A stretch of 63,497 bases of DNA, the filler included, from Chiloscyllium plagiosum (lineage: Eukaryota): NCBI RefSeq assembly GCF_004010195.1. It is 4 parts of one record of this genome, joined end to end, with 100 filler letters (N's around TTAATTAATTAA, not from the genome) between each part and the next. Parts side by side here need not be neighbours in the genome. Positions count along the whole stretch, not along the records: positions 1 to 29,968 come from NC_057710.1; 3 more parts are not named here. One strand, given 5' to 3'. Position numbers and translations under genes: made by a program. Each line of letters opens with the position of its first letter. Positions within the stretch are counted from its first letter, which is position 1. Under the pieces are notes generated by a model, which was given only the letters and a program-made list of their open reading frames with translations, had not been told where the DNA came from and made no database searches. This document shows, piece after piece, positions 1 through 13,759 of the stretch.

Positions 1-480
1 TCTACCTGCATGTTGAAATCCCCCATTACAACTGTAGTAACATCTTTGCAACAGGCCAATTTCAGCTCCTGATTTAACTTACATCCGACATCCAGACTAC
101 TGTTTGGGGGCCTGTTGATAACGCCCAAGAGGGTCTTTTTACCCTTAGTATTTCTCAGCTCTATCCACACTGACTCTACATCCCCTGATTCTAGGTCCCC
201 CGCACAAGGGACTGAATATAATCCCTTACTAACATGGCCACCCCACCCCCTCTGCCCGTCAGACTGTCCTTACGATAGCATGTGTAGCCTTGAATATTCA
301 TTTCCCAGGCCTTGTCCACTTAAAGCTACGTCTCAGTTATCCCCACAATATCGTATCTGCCAATTTTCAAAAGAGCCTCAAGCTCATCAATCTTATTTCT
401 CATGCTTCATGCATTCATGTATAGTATTTTTAATTTGTTCCTGCCCTCACCCTTCCCATCAATTCCTATTTCACTCAACC
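1..480 (-). mobile_element. CR1/HER1 LINE fragment, endonuclease region, decayed
   Basis: Reverse strand reads like CR1 APE motifs (aatgggggatttcaacatgc = MGDFN; YRPP-like region); continues off the window start. Confidence 0.7.
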
Positions 481-897
481 TTACAGCATGATCCCTTATT
501 GTAATGCAACATTGAAATGCAATATTGAAATGCAACAGATTTAAAACTGCCTTACAATAATAAAATTAACCTGCACTTTGAAAAGAAAGTGAAAAAATGA
601 TACAATATTTCCAAACGGATTGAAGATGACAGAAGGACCATGCAGAACACAAGGCTGGACTTCATGGAGGCAACTGTTCCTAAGGTACAGCATTGCCTCA
701 AAATCAAACAGCAAGCACAGAATTAACACCCAAGTCACAGAGGCTGACTCTTTCACTCATTTTCAGCTTAAATAAATGTTGAGCCTTCCTGATTCTGTAG
801 CCCCATTGAAATTTCTCTGCTGGTGCCATGAATAAGAGGAGGTTACGTATACAGAGACCTTTAGAGGAATCTCCTTTACAGAAAGGCATTTAAAGGG

Positions 898-1052
898 GAA
901 ACAAGCAAAACAGAAATAGCTGGAGAAACTCGGCCGGTCTGGCATAATGTGTGGAGAAACAAACAATAGTTAATGTTTCCTGTCCACTGACCAGTTCCAC
1001 AGATGCTGCCAGACCTGCTGAGTTTCTCCAGCTATTTAGTTTTGCTTGTTTC
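898..1052. repeat. Fold-back element made of two inverted Penelope-type terminal sequences
   Basis: Left arm gaaacaagcaaaacagaaatagctggagaaactcggc...tctggca is the near reverse complement of right arm tgccagacctgctgagtttctccagctatttagttttgcttgtttc. Confidence 0.8.
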
Positions 1053-1420
1053 AGATTTGTCATCCGCAAACTTGGTGATAGTACATTCACTTCTCTTGTC
1101 CAAGTCATTAACATGCATCGTAAATAATTGTAGCCCCAGCACTGATCCCTGTGACAATCCACTAGTTACACTGTAACATCTTGAAAATGCCCCCTTGTCT
1201 CAACTCTGCCTTCTTTTAGTGAATCAATCCTCTATCCATGCAAATACACTACCCACAATACCAGCTTTATGTGCAGAACTTCAAAACAGTATGTTTCAAA
1301 CAATACATTTCAAATAGCGAGAAGGAATGATGGGGCAGCAAGTCAATCAAATTCCATAAGAACATTCCACCAGAAGTGTGCTGAAGGATGGTCAGACCAG
1401 AAATCCTGCAAGTTGGCCAA

Positions 1421-1732
1421 GATCACAGTGGCTCAGTGGTTAGCACTGTGGCCTCACAGTGCCAGGGACCTGGGTTTGATTCCTGGCTCAGGTGACTGAT
1501 TGTGTGGAGTTCGCACATTCTCCCCGTGTCTGTGTGGGTTTGCTTTGGCTTTCTCTCATAGTCCAAAAGATGTGTAGGTCAGCTGAACTGGCCATGCTAA
1601 ATTGCACGTAGTGTTAGGTGCATTAGTCAGGGTTAAATATGGGGAGATGGATCTGGGTGGGTTACTTTTCGGTGGGTTGATATGGACTTGTTGGGCCGAA
1701 GGGCCTGTTTCCACACTGTAGGAAAACTAATC
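1421..1732 (+). mobile_element. tRNA-derived shark SINE (HE1-like)
   Basis: A box tggctcagtggttagc, B box-like gggtttgattcc, core tgtgtggagttcgcacattctcccc, CR1-like tail gggccgaagggcctgtttccacactgta. Confidence 0.85.
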
Positions 1733-2353
1733 AAACATATACTTTGAGCACCAACATAACTTCACAATCACGGATGATCTACCTGTGCATGACAGAAGAC
1801 CTGTTTTTCAAATTTTCCTTCAGGAATATTTATTGGAAAGGAAGCAATGGGGACACGTAGACACTGCCAGGTGTAGAGCCCCCAAGACTCAGTCAGCATT
1901 GTGGTCACTTGCGATCTCAAAAGAGAATGAAGATTTAAAATCTCGTTATGAAATCTAAGATTATACAGGATTGTCATTTTTGGAAATCATGCCTGTAAAA
2001 TACTAAAAGAAGGAGCAGTCCAACTCACCTGAGTTCACAAATGAATCTTTAATTGAAGATGTTAAACAGTCTGCTAAACAAAGCAGAAGAGTCAATGTTA
2101 GCAATAGTGATAGCACTAAGTGAGCAGCAGTCATTCAGTAACACGATTGAGAGTCTGAAAAAGCTTAAGTCACCAGTCATCACTGCAGAGTGCAAATAAA
2201 GACATCTGCCTGATCAACAACTCAAGGGAGATAAGCTCCATATGATTCATGCGAGCCAGACCAATACCCACACATATAGTCAGGATGAAAAAGACTTGAA
2301 TTCAGAAATTGTGATAAAGAGACTGCCTCTTCTACTGAGAAAGAAAATGCAAT

Positions 2354-2607
2354 GATTAGATTCCCTACAGTGTGGAAACAGGTCCTTCAGCCTAACAAGT
2401 CCACACTGACCCTCCAAAGAGTAACCCACCCCCCTCTGACTAATGCACCTAGCATGGCCCATTCACCTGACCTGCACATCTTTGGACTATGGGAGGAAGC
2501 CTACATAGACATGGGGAGAATGTGCAAAATCCACACAGACAGTCACTAAGGCTAGAATTGAACCTGGAACCCTAGCACTGTGAAGTAGCAGTACTAGCCA
2601 CTGTGCC
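2354..2607 (-). mobile_element. HE1-like SINE
   Basis: Reverse complement of the same head, core and tail as 1421-1732. Confidence 0.85.
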
Positions 2608-4412
2608 AAAACTATGACTGACTCAGAAATCCAGGAGTCTGAAAAGAGATCAAAAGTCGACAGGATGGGGGAACTATATGAGCTAATGGACAGGGAATTA
2701 CATGTCCTCCAGATTAGGTAATGGACCGACAACAAGTCTACGAAGAAGAACATCTTCAATGAAGGATGTCGGAGAGATAAACGATCTTCCACTGGAGGAG
2801 TTATTCACAGATCAGAACTAGGGCCAACAATCCTCAAGTAAGAGACCTATCATTGTTCCAAGTCTAAAAAGAACACATTCTGAGAAAAGGATGAAATATC
2901 CAGACTCCTTGCCTTTGTCGTGTCACAGACCTATGGGCCAATGGTGTAGTGGTAAGTACAGTATAGATATTTATGTAATTATATAATGGGTTTACTATGG
3001 GAGAAATGCCTGAAGGGAGAATAATGCAATGATTCGGAAGGGGTTGATGTTCATGTTACATTGGCTCAATCAATTCTATTGATGTCAAACGTAGTATGTG
3101 GTGGAGTTAAGGATTCTTGCTTTAGTTTTTTTGATGGAAGCAGATGAACAAGCTTACTAAGGTCTTAGTAATTATGCCTGACCAAATATAGTTGCATTTA
3201 TTGCTATTATACAGTAAACCTTCTTGTCTTCTAAGGAAAGTACGCCTTCTGTAGATACTTTACAGTGGTATATCATCTACCACTAATCACTAGATCCATT
3301 CAAGGCAAAACAAAGACAAAGAGGATTTCTGGTAATGAGCTACTCAAAAAACCTTTATCTAGTACCAAATACTGATAGAGATGGCAAATACATAAGTTGC
3401 CAGCAGTGGTTGTCTGGGAAAATGCAAAGCAATTGATTTGGACTCTCTTGGATGCGAAAACAATACGATAATGATCATTCTGGTGCTGTCTTTATTTTAG
3501 TAAGGATTCTGCCTTCCTAGCCTTACCAGGTTTGTCTATGTGTCCCTGTAAATATTGGCTGTCAACTTTCAAGTTGATGACCTTCATGAGGATAATACGA
3601 GATGGCATTCAGATTATTATTAACCTGAAGTATTAATGTTTGCTTTTCACCAAATACATCTACAGAGCTTTTTATCTTGCATTTTCTGCCTTAATTTCAG
3701 ATTAAATTTGCTTTTACATTACAAAGTTTCAGAACCAAATATATAACTGTGTTCAAGTAAATAATTTGCTTTACTTCATCCTCAATCAGTATCAGGTTAC
3801 AGTTTATATGGCTGAGTCCTGACTGCATTAAGGAACATACTGGTTAAAGTTCAAAGTACAGTGTAACCAGCAGATAATCTTTCATCTCCATCACATAACC
3901 ATCACCACCTATCCTTAACTATTATACTTTTCTTACAGTTTTTGTACCTATTCAAAAATGTCCAAGATCACAGAGACTAAAATTAAGCTAAAAGGAATAT
4001 CATTAAGATTAAGTAATTAGAAAAGTTAGCAAGTAAAACTAAATAAGTTTAAGTTTAAGATATAGCAGGTGAAGTCAACCATGTGGAATATTTAACCTGT
4101 CATAAATGTGAATTCATGATTCCATCCAGTATCCTGGATGATCACATGTGCAGGAAGTGATCCCAACTGCAGAAATCTGACCTCTGTGTTTCTGTTTATT
4201 TTAAAATTTGATTTGTTGTTGTCATATGTACCTAAGTACTGTGAGAAACTATGTTTTGTTAGCACTCCGGGCAGATCTTAGCAAACAAGAACATATAGAT
4301 CATAGGGTGCTTAGACAGAGCTCGGCATACAAGGTTACACTGCACAGGAGATGCATGAAGCAAGGGGTCCATTGAGCAGTTTAATAATAGCAGGGAAGAA
4401 GCTGTTCTTGAA

Positions 4413-4438
4413 TGTGTGTGTGTGTGTGTGTGTGTGTG
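4413..4438. repeat. (TG)n microsatellite
   Basis: Direct read. Confidence 0.9.
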
Positions 4439-5273
4439 GACATAGACTCGATGGGCTGAAGGGCCTCTTCCACCCTGAATGATCCTACGATAATTGTGTG
4501 TTTCTGCAAAGAAGTAGCTGAGCTGAATATTTGTAGAAAAAGCTGGTGACTTTTTAGTGTCAAATATAGATATTTCAGTTAATTATTCTGAACATCATAA
4601 GGATTGTAAATGGAACAGATAAACTGTCTAACTGCACAGTAGAAAAATCACAAATAATTGATTATGGGTAACTGAAATATATTTCTATTACATGGTGTTT
4701 AGGGAATACTTTAATAATCTGTCAATTTACATAGATCAGCTTAGATCAGGTAGATGAAATTGTAGATCAGCACCCTTGATAGCTATGTTATACTTATACC
4801 ATAAATATATTTATTTTTGCCTGGCAAAATGGATGGTCAATGTGCCATGTTCAGGTGGTGACAAAGAGAGGGCAGAAATCCTGTACCTGGGTTGTACTTA
4901 CCTGAGCTTTTTCACTCAGCTGTACTGAGGAGTGTTTTTTGTGCATATGTCATGAGAAGCTGAGCAGGAGACAGGTCCCAGTGAGTGCAATACACTGTAT
5001 TTCAGATGTGACATTGTCATTGACAGTGTGTTAAACTTGGAACACAGGTGCACAGCCAGCAGGAGTAATCCAAAACCCTGACCTATTGCACTCACTTATT
5101 TGAGCTTGTTTTTGGCTTTCTTTGCCTTACACTTTTGTTCTCATGATCTTTCTTTGGAATGGAGCTATAATTTGATATCCTATCTTTATGAATTTAAGGC
5201 CAAGAATTTCCTTGAAGTTGCTGCACCTCCAAAACTATAATTCCCAGGTTGTGATGGAAGTCTCCCCTTGTTA

Positions 5274-5470
5274 CAGGTCATTCTGCTATAATGCGACAGT
5301 TGCTTTCTTCTGAAACCTCATGCTGTAGAAAACCGTGCTATGAAAAACCACTATAGAAAATCACTTTTTAAGAAAATCGCTATACCTGCTCAGAACGTTT
5401 GCGTTATCCCAACAGCGTCCACAATCCATCGATCACGTTGACGAAATGCATGTTATACCAGAACAACTTG
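5274..5470. mobile_element. Tc1/mariner-pogo (Tigger-like) MITE
   Basis: TA at both flanks (5272-73, 5471-72); imperfect TIRs caggtcattctgctataatgc / atgttataccagaacaacttg; internal tagaaaa-type repeats. Confidence 0.7.
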
Positions 5471-6214
5471 TACTTGGAACAGTTGCCTGAAGTAGGCAAT
5501 GGATTCTTAATGATAGTATGAGCATTGTATGAGAACTGAAGGATGTCAAGGAGATTTGTAGCCAGAAGCAGGAGTACCTGCATTAGGGGAAGGCTTCGCA
5601 ATCCCTTAGCACCCATTATACCAAAATAAACCCACAAAAGCTGACAATTCACTGGGGCATCATCTCAGAATTTTGTCTCCTCCTGGACCTGAGCCCTCAA
5701 TGAGTTTTACAACTCTGTCCATAGTCATGAAAATCATTTTGCCTTGACATTTTATTTTGCATTGTCCTTTCAAGAGAACATAATACTTGCCTCATCATAT
5801 GAATAGAAAGACCCGTTATATTCCTAAGAACGAATAACATCAGCAGGGCAAGTTTCTCTCTCACCTTTCAGCATGACTGGCTTTCTAAGAAAAAATCATT
5901 TGACTTATTGCTGAAACCATATTACCTCAGGAGGTGGGGGTAATAAGCTGAAACATATAAGGAAGCTTGCTGTTATCCAATGACTCCTGTAGTAGTTTTG
6001 TTTATTGACTTTGGTGCAAATAACCAAACCTCTGAAGATTTTATATGTGCTCAGAAAGTAACTTGCTGGAATGCTGTTTTGAGGAGTATCTGCATTCAAG
6101 ATCACAGAACAACAGAGCACTGTTGAGAAATGTACTTAATTTGTCATTCATCGAACCTGATATGCCATGCTACTACATGACAAAAATGTGCACCTTTGTA
6201 TTCTTTATTAGATA

Positions 6215-6395
6215 TTGCTGAAAAGACCAGCATTTGTTTGCCCATCCGCAACTGTCCTGAAAATGAATGACATTTCAGAGTTAACACATTGCTAAGGTTC
6301 AAGACCAGACCAGGTAAGTATGGCAGGTTTCCTTCTGTAAAGGACATTAGTAAATCTGATGAGTTTTTCGAATAACCAATGACAGTTTCATATAA
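6215..6395 (-). mobile_element. Deu-domain/SacSINE1-like or L2-tail SINE remnant
   Basis: ccagcatttgtttgcccatcc and ggcaggtttccttctgtaaaggacattagt motifs typical of these old SINEs. Confidence 0.5.
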
Positions 6396-7189
6396 TATAG
6401 GAGAGATTTAGGAAAAAATTCCAGAACTTACAGTGTAGACAGCTGAAGCCCGGGCTGTCAAACATGAAGAAAATGAACAGATTGGTTAGAACTTATACTC
6501 CTTTAGAATAAACATTGATAACCATTGATTCCAATCAGTCCTGGCATTCCGTGACTTTCATATGTTACTCAGTGTTAAGAGTTTTTAAGAATGAGCACAG
6601 TCATTTCTCATTTGTAATCCTCCTCTGACAGCTCCATTGTTTATATTTAGTTTCCCACAGTGCTGCAGGTGTTAAAAGCTGAAGTTGATTTTCTTGATTT
6701 AAGGAGTGCTACCTGAAGCGCTTTCACAATTCTATCTTGAGTAACACTTTCGATTCTGCAAATCAAGATGGATGTCAATCACTGTTTTGTCAATAACTAT
6801 TGCTTCATAAAGTATCACACTGGGCCTTTACTTTACTGACGTACAATAGCACTTCTCAGATGATTTTCCATTGTTATCCCATTTCAACTCTTGAAAATTA
6901 ACATGGCTCCATCCATAAACAAAAGCAAAACAGTGATAAAGAGCATAATAGTATTCAGTATACAAATATGAAAATTTGTTCATCATAGTTCAATGTGCAT
7001 CCTATAAATATGAAAATATATGGTTTTAGAGGACTTTACAGTCATGTTATTTTGTATACTCACCAGTCCATCACTTCATCTGAGCCACTGCTGTTCAGTA
7101 ATAATGACAAGGGACTGGGAACTGTGGAAAAGCAAAGCTATCTAGGTACAAAAATAATTTAATGATGTTGGTCAGGAACACGATCCAAT

Positions 7190-7710
7190 CAAAAATGCTT
7201 GGTAGATGATATCAGTAGTTTGGAATACAAAAAGGACCAAGTTATGCATTAATTGTATAAAGGCCTCATGTGGACAATATTTGGAGCAGTGTGTTCAGTT
7301 TAGAATGTCTCATGAAAGATATATTGTTATTGGAAGAGTTGCGGTGCAGATTCACCGGAAGTATTTTAGGGATTAATGTGTTAAATTATGACAGCATGCA
7401 TTAACATGTCTTCTATTTCCTTCAGTTGCATAACTGGCAGATAATCTAATTGCAGCATTTAAAATAATAAAAGGATTCAATTGGGTAGATGAAGAGGTAT
7501 CATTGTCTCTGGTGTAGGAATCTTGAACAAGGTGACTTAATCTTAAAACCAAAGAGCTGTGGATGCTGGAAATCAGAAACTAAATCAGAAATTGCTGGAA
7601 AAACTCAGCAGTCTGGCTGCATCCATGGAGAGAAAGCAGAGTTAACTTCCTCAGAACTGATTGTAGCTAGGAAAAGGTTGGTCTAAATGCTGAAGATGGG
7701 TGGGGGTGGG
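7190..7710. mobile_element. Decayed CR1 3' region (+) followed by a Penelope-type terminus (-, about 7545-7710)
   Basis: CR1-like 'ttggagcagtgtgttcagttt'; then 'gatgctggaaatcagaaac...gctggaaaaactcagcagtctggc' terminus motif. Confidence 0.6.
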
Positions 7711-8084
7711 AAATTTGAATTTGAATTTGAATAATTTATTGTCACTTGCCTGTGACAATGATTAATGCAGTAAAATACAATGAAAAGCTTCAACTGTTGC
7801 CACAGTCTGGTGCCATTTTGAATAGCTTAAGAATAAAAAGGGTAAAAAGACATAACTGAAAGAGAGTCTATCTTTGCTATGCTGCCTCCACCATGTGTCC
7901 TGAGTTGGCAAACCAGCAGTACACCTGTTCCACCACCCCTCCTCCACTGCCTCACTGCCGTCTGAGAATTGGGGGAAGGACCTGAAGTGAGTTTGCAGTC
8001 ACCTTCCATTGTGCCTGAAATCCAAACTAGGTAATGGGAAAGCTGTGGCTATAACTTGATTCCTTTTGAGTTGAGAGTTTCCAC

Positions 8085-8350
8085 CTCAACCACAAAACTG
8101 AGCAGCAAATTCCAAACATACATCACCCTCTGGGTGGAAAGAATTTCTCTCATGTCTCATTTAATCCTTCTATCAATCACCTTAAACCTGTCCTCCTGCT
8201 TATTAAGCTCTCTGCTACGGTTAAGTCTCACTCTAGTCAAGCTCCTCATTATTTTGTCCATCTCAATTAAGTCACCCCTCAGCTTCATCTTTTCTAAGCA
8301 AATTAACAGTAGTCTGTCCAACCTTTCCTTATAGCTGCAAATTTCAAGCA
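8085..8350 (-). mobile_element. CR1 LINE 3' fragment
   Basis: ORF 8157-8351(-) reads SYKERLDRL...LRGDLIE, the CR1 ORF2 C-terminus. Confidence 0.8.
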
Positions 8351-9139
8351 CTTCTTATAAAATTTGGAACACATGAGCACCTCTCACTGGGAAGGCTGTT
8401 ACAAGGACAGGGACAGCACACAGATTGGACTAGGTTGCATCTCAGAGCTGTTCGCGTGCTGTCTTTGTGTTCACTCATCTTGTGCCTACCTGGATGCTCA
8501 CAGCACCTCTGCCTTGCCTGCCTTGCCTTGTCCTTTCTTACCTTTTAGTGCAGACACAAAGACAGGCAGCTGCTACCAGTTAAGGGGATGGGCATGTTGC
8601 TGCATGGCACCATGTTACCTCAGTGTTACACCCACACCATGTGCTAGCTGACAAATGGCCATGTCTCAAAGTCAGAGGGTGTAATCCTTAGTCATGTCGA
8701 AGGAGACACCTTTCACTTAGGGAGTCCAGGTGTGGTATGTCGAGGACAGCTGCCAATATCATGCCAGGGACTTGGAGCAGTCATGGTCAAATTCTCATAG
8801 GGATGAGAAACCAAATATTGAGCACCCCACCACCATCTGTCCCCATTCTTTCTGCCTCATTGTGGGCTGTTGAGAGAAAGGAAGTGGTTGAGTGAGGAGG
8901 AAGTGGATGGAACATTAGTCAGTGGTGATGCAGGTGGGCTGAATGGTGGTGAGGAGTCACTAGTGAGTGAGAAGGGGCACAGAGGCCATGCAGTGTTTAT
9001 AGTGTGCACTGGGTGGGTGAGTGTGAGTGTGGGAAGATGTGGCATGCAGTAGCTAGATTGGTAAAGCGTAAGGCTTGTTGGGAGATGAGTGCAATAGCAA
9101 AGCTACAGTGAGTGTGTGGTAGCAGAGAAAAGATGGTAG

Positions 9140-9410
9140 CACTTAGCCTGGCATAGCTGAGTTAGACATTGATCTTCTTCTTACACTGTTGGACATACTG
9201 CCAGACAGCTGAAATCACGGTGATTCTCATCACTTCAGTCCAGGCTGGCAGGGTCTGTCAGTACAGCACAGAAACAGGCCCTTCAGCCCACCATGACCTC
9301 CATTGCCCATTTTGTGAGAAGGAGATGGTCCCCATTTGCATCATCCATCCACCAGGACCTCCAGGTCACTGTCTGCAAGGCAGGATACCAAGTTCCCCCT
9401 CTCTGCCATG
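9140..9410 (-). mobile_element. Decayed Myb/SANT-like DNA-binding gene remnant, probably from a PIF/Harbinger transposon (element may span about 8370-9620)
   Basis: Reverse strand gives DSDLEVLVDG...TLPAWTEV...QQCKKKIN, resembling Harbinger-associated Myb/SANT proteins; stops and frameshifts present. Confidence 0.5.
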
Positions 9411-10949
9411 TCCAGGGCAGCTAGCACTACTCAGGGTGTGTAAATATGGCAGAGCACTAGGAATGACAGCCTACTCTGGGATATATCTGCAGTAGTAGGT
9501 TCTTATTGCTATGATGAGTGGTAGAATTGGGCTAGCATTGGATAAGGAGATTGCCATAGGGATGAGGGGGATTTGGGATGATAGCATGAGAAAACTTGCT
9601 AGATCCTGCAGAGAGAAATTCTCCATGAAACTCAATGAAAATGACACAGCCAAAATGTAACAATCTTGCCTGTAGTTTTGGTGCGACTTATGGAGTGAAA
9701 AAAAACAGTTTATTTGAAGAGAAATACATTAACTTAATGTTATTTGGGTTTGGGAGATCAGGGTCATGGTCTCGAATTAAGCTGGAGGGGGAGTGCTTAA
9801 GCAACCCTACAGGGACCATACTCCATAGTGCATGAAGCCAGCCCTTCAAGGTGGGGTATTGTAGACAATATTCTCAATAGACACACCCCAGATGATGACA
9901 CCTAAATTGTTGAACACCTATTCAAAATTGAGCCTAGAAATGTTAAAATTGAACTATTGGGGAATCTTGATCCCCACATCAGAGAAAGCTAACACTATCC
10001 CAAAGGTGAATAACAGGGATGGGAGACTTAGATGAGGCCCAAACTTCATGTACAATTAAGTTCAATTGCATATAATCATAATATAGCTGTGATCAAATCT
10101 GCTAGGTTTTTTGAAGCTAGGTTTTTTGTTTTTTTGTTTTACAAAATCATGAAATGGTGCTGTGGATGATGATGCTGGAATTTGTGATAGACAACTTATG
10201 TCCAGACAAGACATTAGCATTTCATCATTACAAGGATAATAATGATAACACTAAGGCAGTGGATGGAATGGTTCAAATTAGTAAGGCATGAGAGAAAGAT
10301 GTAATTGGGTATCAGGAAGGACAGTGGGAAGAAAGTGGGATTAGTGTAGATTCAGAGTTAGTGCAGACTCGATTAGCCAAAGGGCCTCTTCTGTAATGTA
10401 TGATTCTATGACTCAGAAGTAGAGTTGACTGGACATGTGGCATATAAGGGGGATGCCTTATGGGGGATACTGTGTCACAAACCAGTATTGGGATCTGAAC
10501 TGCCCTATTCCTGTGGAAGGTTTTGTTTTAGCCCAGCCTGACCCGAAAACAGTTATGCTCATGCACAGATGATTATTACTGGAATGGATGATTTTGAAAG
10601 GACAGCTACAAAAATATATTTATTACTTGTTTTGGATCCGATTTGAATATCTTGTTGAGCAGTTATGAAGGATTAACAAGTTATCCAATTTGAATATTGG
10701 ACGAAAGTTGAACAGAACACATGATTGATGATACCTGCGATTTAACAGAAACCATCAGCACATACCCAGAAGCAACATTGTTTTGAGTATGAACACCAAC
10801 CATCAGGAGAACACAGTGAAGCAGCTGTCAAATCCCAGAAAGAATAACGTGAAACTTGAAATGAATTCCATTTTCAAGTGTACAAGATCAGTTTCATTGC
10901 TTACAGATTTTACCATTTCTTTCTTTCAAGACAGTCCCACAACTAAAAG

Positions 10950-11444
10950 AAGATCCATAACTATATCCCAAATAGAACATAGCCAAGTCCCAATGTAAGC
11001 AAAGCAGCCCAATCAACATTCTGAAAGTGTACAGCAGCCTCCAGCAAAGATCTAAAGCTGGATAAATAAACAAACTAACAATACATACCAGAGTCTTATA
11101 CAACTGCAACATGACCTCAGTACTCCGGAACTCAATTCCTCTACCAATAAAAGCCAGTACGGCATATGCCTTCCTCACCGCACTATTTACCTGGGTGGCA
11201 ACTTTCAGAGATCTGTGTACATGGACACCAAGATCCCTCTGCTCATCCACACTACCAAGCATCCGACCATTAGCCCAGTACCCCATCTTTAACTATAACT
11301 ATATCCCAAGATCCATAACTATATCCCAAATAGAACATAGCCAAGTCCCAATGTAAGCAAAGCAGCCCAATCAACATTCTGAAAGTGTACAGCAGCCTCC
11401 AGCAAAGATCTAAAGCTGGATAAATAAACAAACTAACAATACAT
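10950..11444. repeat. 137-bp perfect direct duplication (10950-11086 and 11308-11444) flanking a 204-bp internal CR1 fragment (11087-11290, -)
   Basis: Direct sequence identity of both copies; the insert translates on - as MLGSVDEQRDLGVHVHRSLKVATQV...LQLYKTLV. Confidence 0.9.
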
Positions 11445-11899
11445 TTCAGAGACATGTACACACATTGCTGTTAAAGGCAATTCCCCAATTATGCTATTTT
11501 CTTTCACTTTAATGTAAATAATTGGATTTTTCTTTAAGGTTAAACCTTAAGTTAGAAAAAAGGGGATGTTGAGCTGTGATGTGCACATACCTTGAAGCGT
11601 GCATAACTATTTAATCATTACTCTGTTTTATTCTACCTTATCTTTACTCTTTATCCTTAAACTACTGTATCATTACTGACCTTGGCAAGATACAATGTCC
11701 CACGACATGCAGTCAGTCTGCAAGCAGCAGTGAATGAGGTTTCATATATGCCCTGCCGTCTCCCAGTGAATATTATCTTCAAAGTTATATCTCAAATAAA
11801 GAATACAAATTATTACTTCACTACAATGATGAAGAAGAACATAAGGTTTAGAGAGTAAAATGCTATTTTGGTGTGATTTTCTGCTTCAGTGCTCACAAA

Positions 11900-12545
11900 T
11901 CATTAATCATTCATTTTAATCAACAGAAAATCACAATGTGGCTAGCACAGTAGCAACATGTGTGAAGGATTTGTGAAAGTTCAAGTGACTGCCATTAAAA
12001 TGACTCCAAAGTTACCAAAAACACCAAAGACCCTTTTCACTACTGCATGAAGTACAGTCTCATTACAAATACCACCGCTGGCCTGAGAGTAGAATTCTAG
12101 TAAGTTGAGCTCTGACAGCCCTAACTTGACTTTCACTGGAATTACCAAATACTATTTCCCACTACCAATTTCCTGTGTGTCATCATGGAGCAGAAAGTGA
12201 CACTAACCTAGCCATACATCCCTCCATCACTGGCACACTGTGACTGCCGGAGGTATTATCCAAACAATGCATCTCAGTAACTTGGCAAGGAGTCTTCAGC
12301 TGCCCCCAAATCTGTGATTTGCACCACGTGGAAGGACAAGGGAAGAATGCAGATGGAAACACTATCACTTCCTCATAACATACCAGCCTGATCTGGAATT
12401 ACATCACTGTTCCTTCATTGTGATGTGAAAATCTCCTGGAACTCTACATAACTGCACATGCACCCTAAACACTCGAGACCGTAGTCTTATAATTATTTTC
12501 TCAAGGAAATTTAGGGTTGGGGAATAAATGATGCACATCCTCAGA
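11900..12545 (+). mobile_element. Old L2/CR1-group LINE 3' fragment
   Basis: Typical tail motifs (gtgactgccggaggtattatcc, ggaaggacaagggaag, ttccttcattg, taaatgatgcacatcc); heavily decayed. Confidence 0.5.
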
Positions 12546-13759
12546 CAATAAGTAGCAATAACAGATGGCCTCATCCGCTGTCTGTTTACAATGGGAGCTT
12601 CGACTGCTAGAACAGAAGTCTTTTCAAAACCTGGGAAGGGTGGCACCTCCATGAAAAAAAGGCACTCGTACTAATGACATAACTGTAATTTTAATAACTC
12701 TTCAATTCTATGTATAACCAGGGTGTGAGAGAAAGCAATAACTAACCTCAAAAACGATAGAAGATTATCAATTGTCAGATTTGATTCACCAAAATAAAAT
12801 ACTAACTCATCAAATATCAGTTCTAATGTAGTCTATAACAACTGGCAAAGATTAGACCCAAGTTAAACCTCTCCAGTTCGATCTGTTACTCCGCCAGCAT
12901 TGAATTAAATAAACATTATTATATATGATTTGACTTTTGCAAACCCATTGCTTATTTGGAATGTTTAATCATTATACTCACGCAGTAGGCTTCAATTAAT
13001 TCTTTTATAGCAGATGCCGCTTTTCAGATTGGAGCATGAGGTAAATATACAAGCTAATTATGTTTTTAAAGATTAGAGTAATGTGGTTATTTTCAAATAC
13101 TCGGCAATTATCCCAGTAAAGTGAAAGAATACAAGATAGATTATGGAGACGCAGAGGCCCAATAGAATGAGGTATACTGCTTATTTTTGCCAGGAAGGGC
13201 GCCAAATAGGTCTCCCTTGTATGTGCCAGCAGGTGTTGTTATGATGCCAAACAGCCTTGCCCGCTGATCTAATGCTGTATTTACAAACTTAGACCTATTC
13301 ATTCACCATACAACACTAAACTGCATAGACCTGAACAGGCATGGAAATCAGAAATTACAGCACTAGGAATAAAATAGCATTTTATAGCCAACATTCTGTT
13401 TTGAATGTCTACAAGCTGGAACATGCTGCAATCTTAAGGGAGTACACAGTGAACTAAACAGCCTGTGTACTGCAAAGAGAAATGAAAGGTGACATGGCCC
13501 ACAAGGAACATTATTCGTATCAAATAAACCTACTTTGAACTGCTTCCAATATAAATATATTCTTCATTAAATAAAGTGACCAATATTGTGTGCAGCACTC
13601 CAGAAGCAGTCTTATCACTGCCCTATATAACTGCTCTTACATTTGATTTCCCTTGTGAGAGAACATAGCATTCTAATAGCATTGCTGATTACTTGCTGCA
13701 CCTACATAATAACCACTCACATTCCAACCCAACTCCAGTGTTTGCATTTTGATTTTTAG

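Noticed and set aside
1421..1500. tRNA gene
   Set aside because: A/B boxes belong to the SINE head; followed by SINE core and LINE-derived tail, with no complete cloverleaf.
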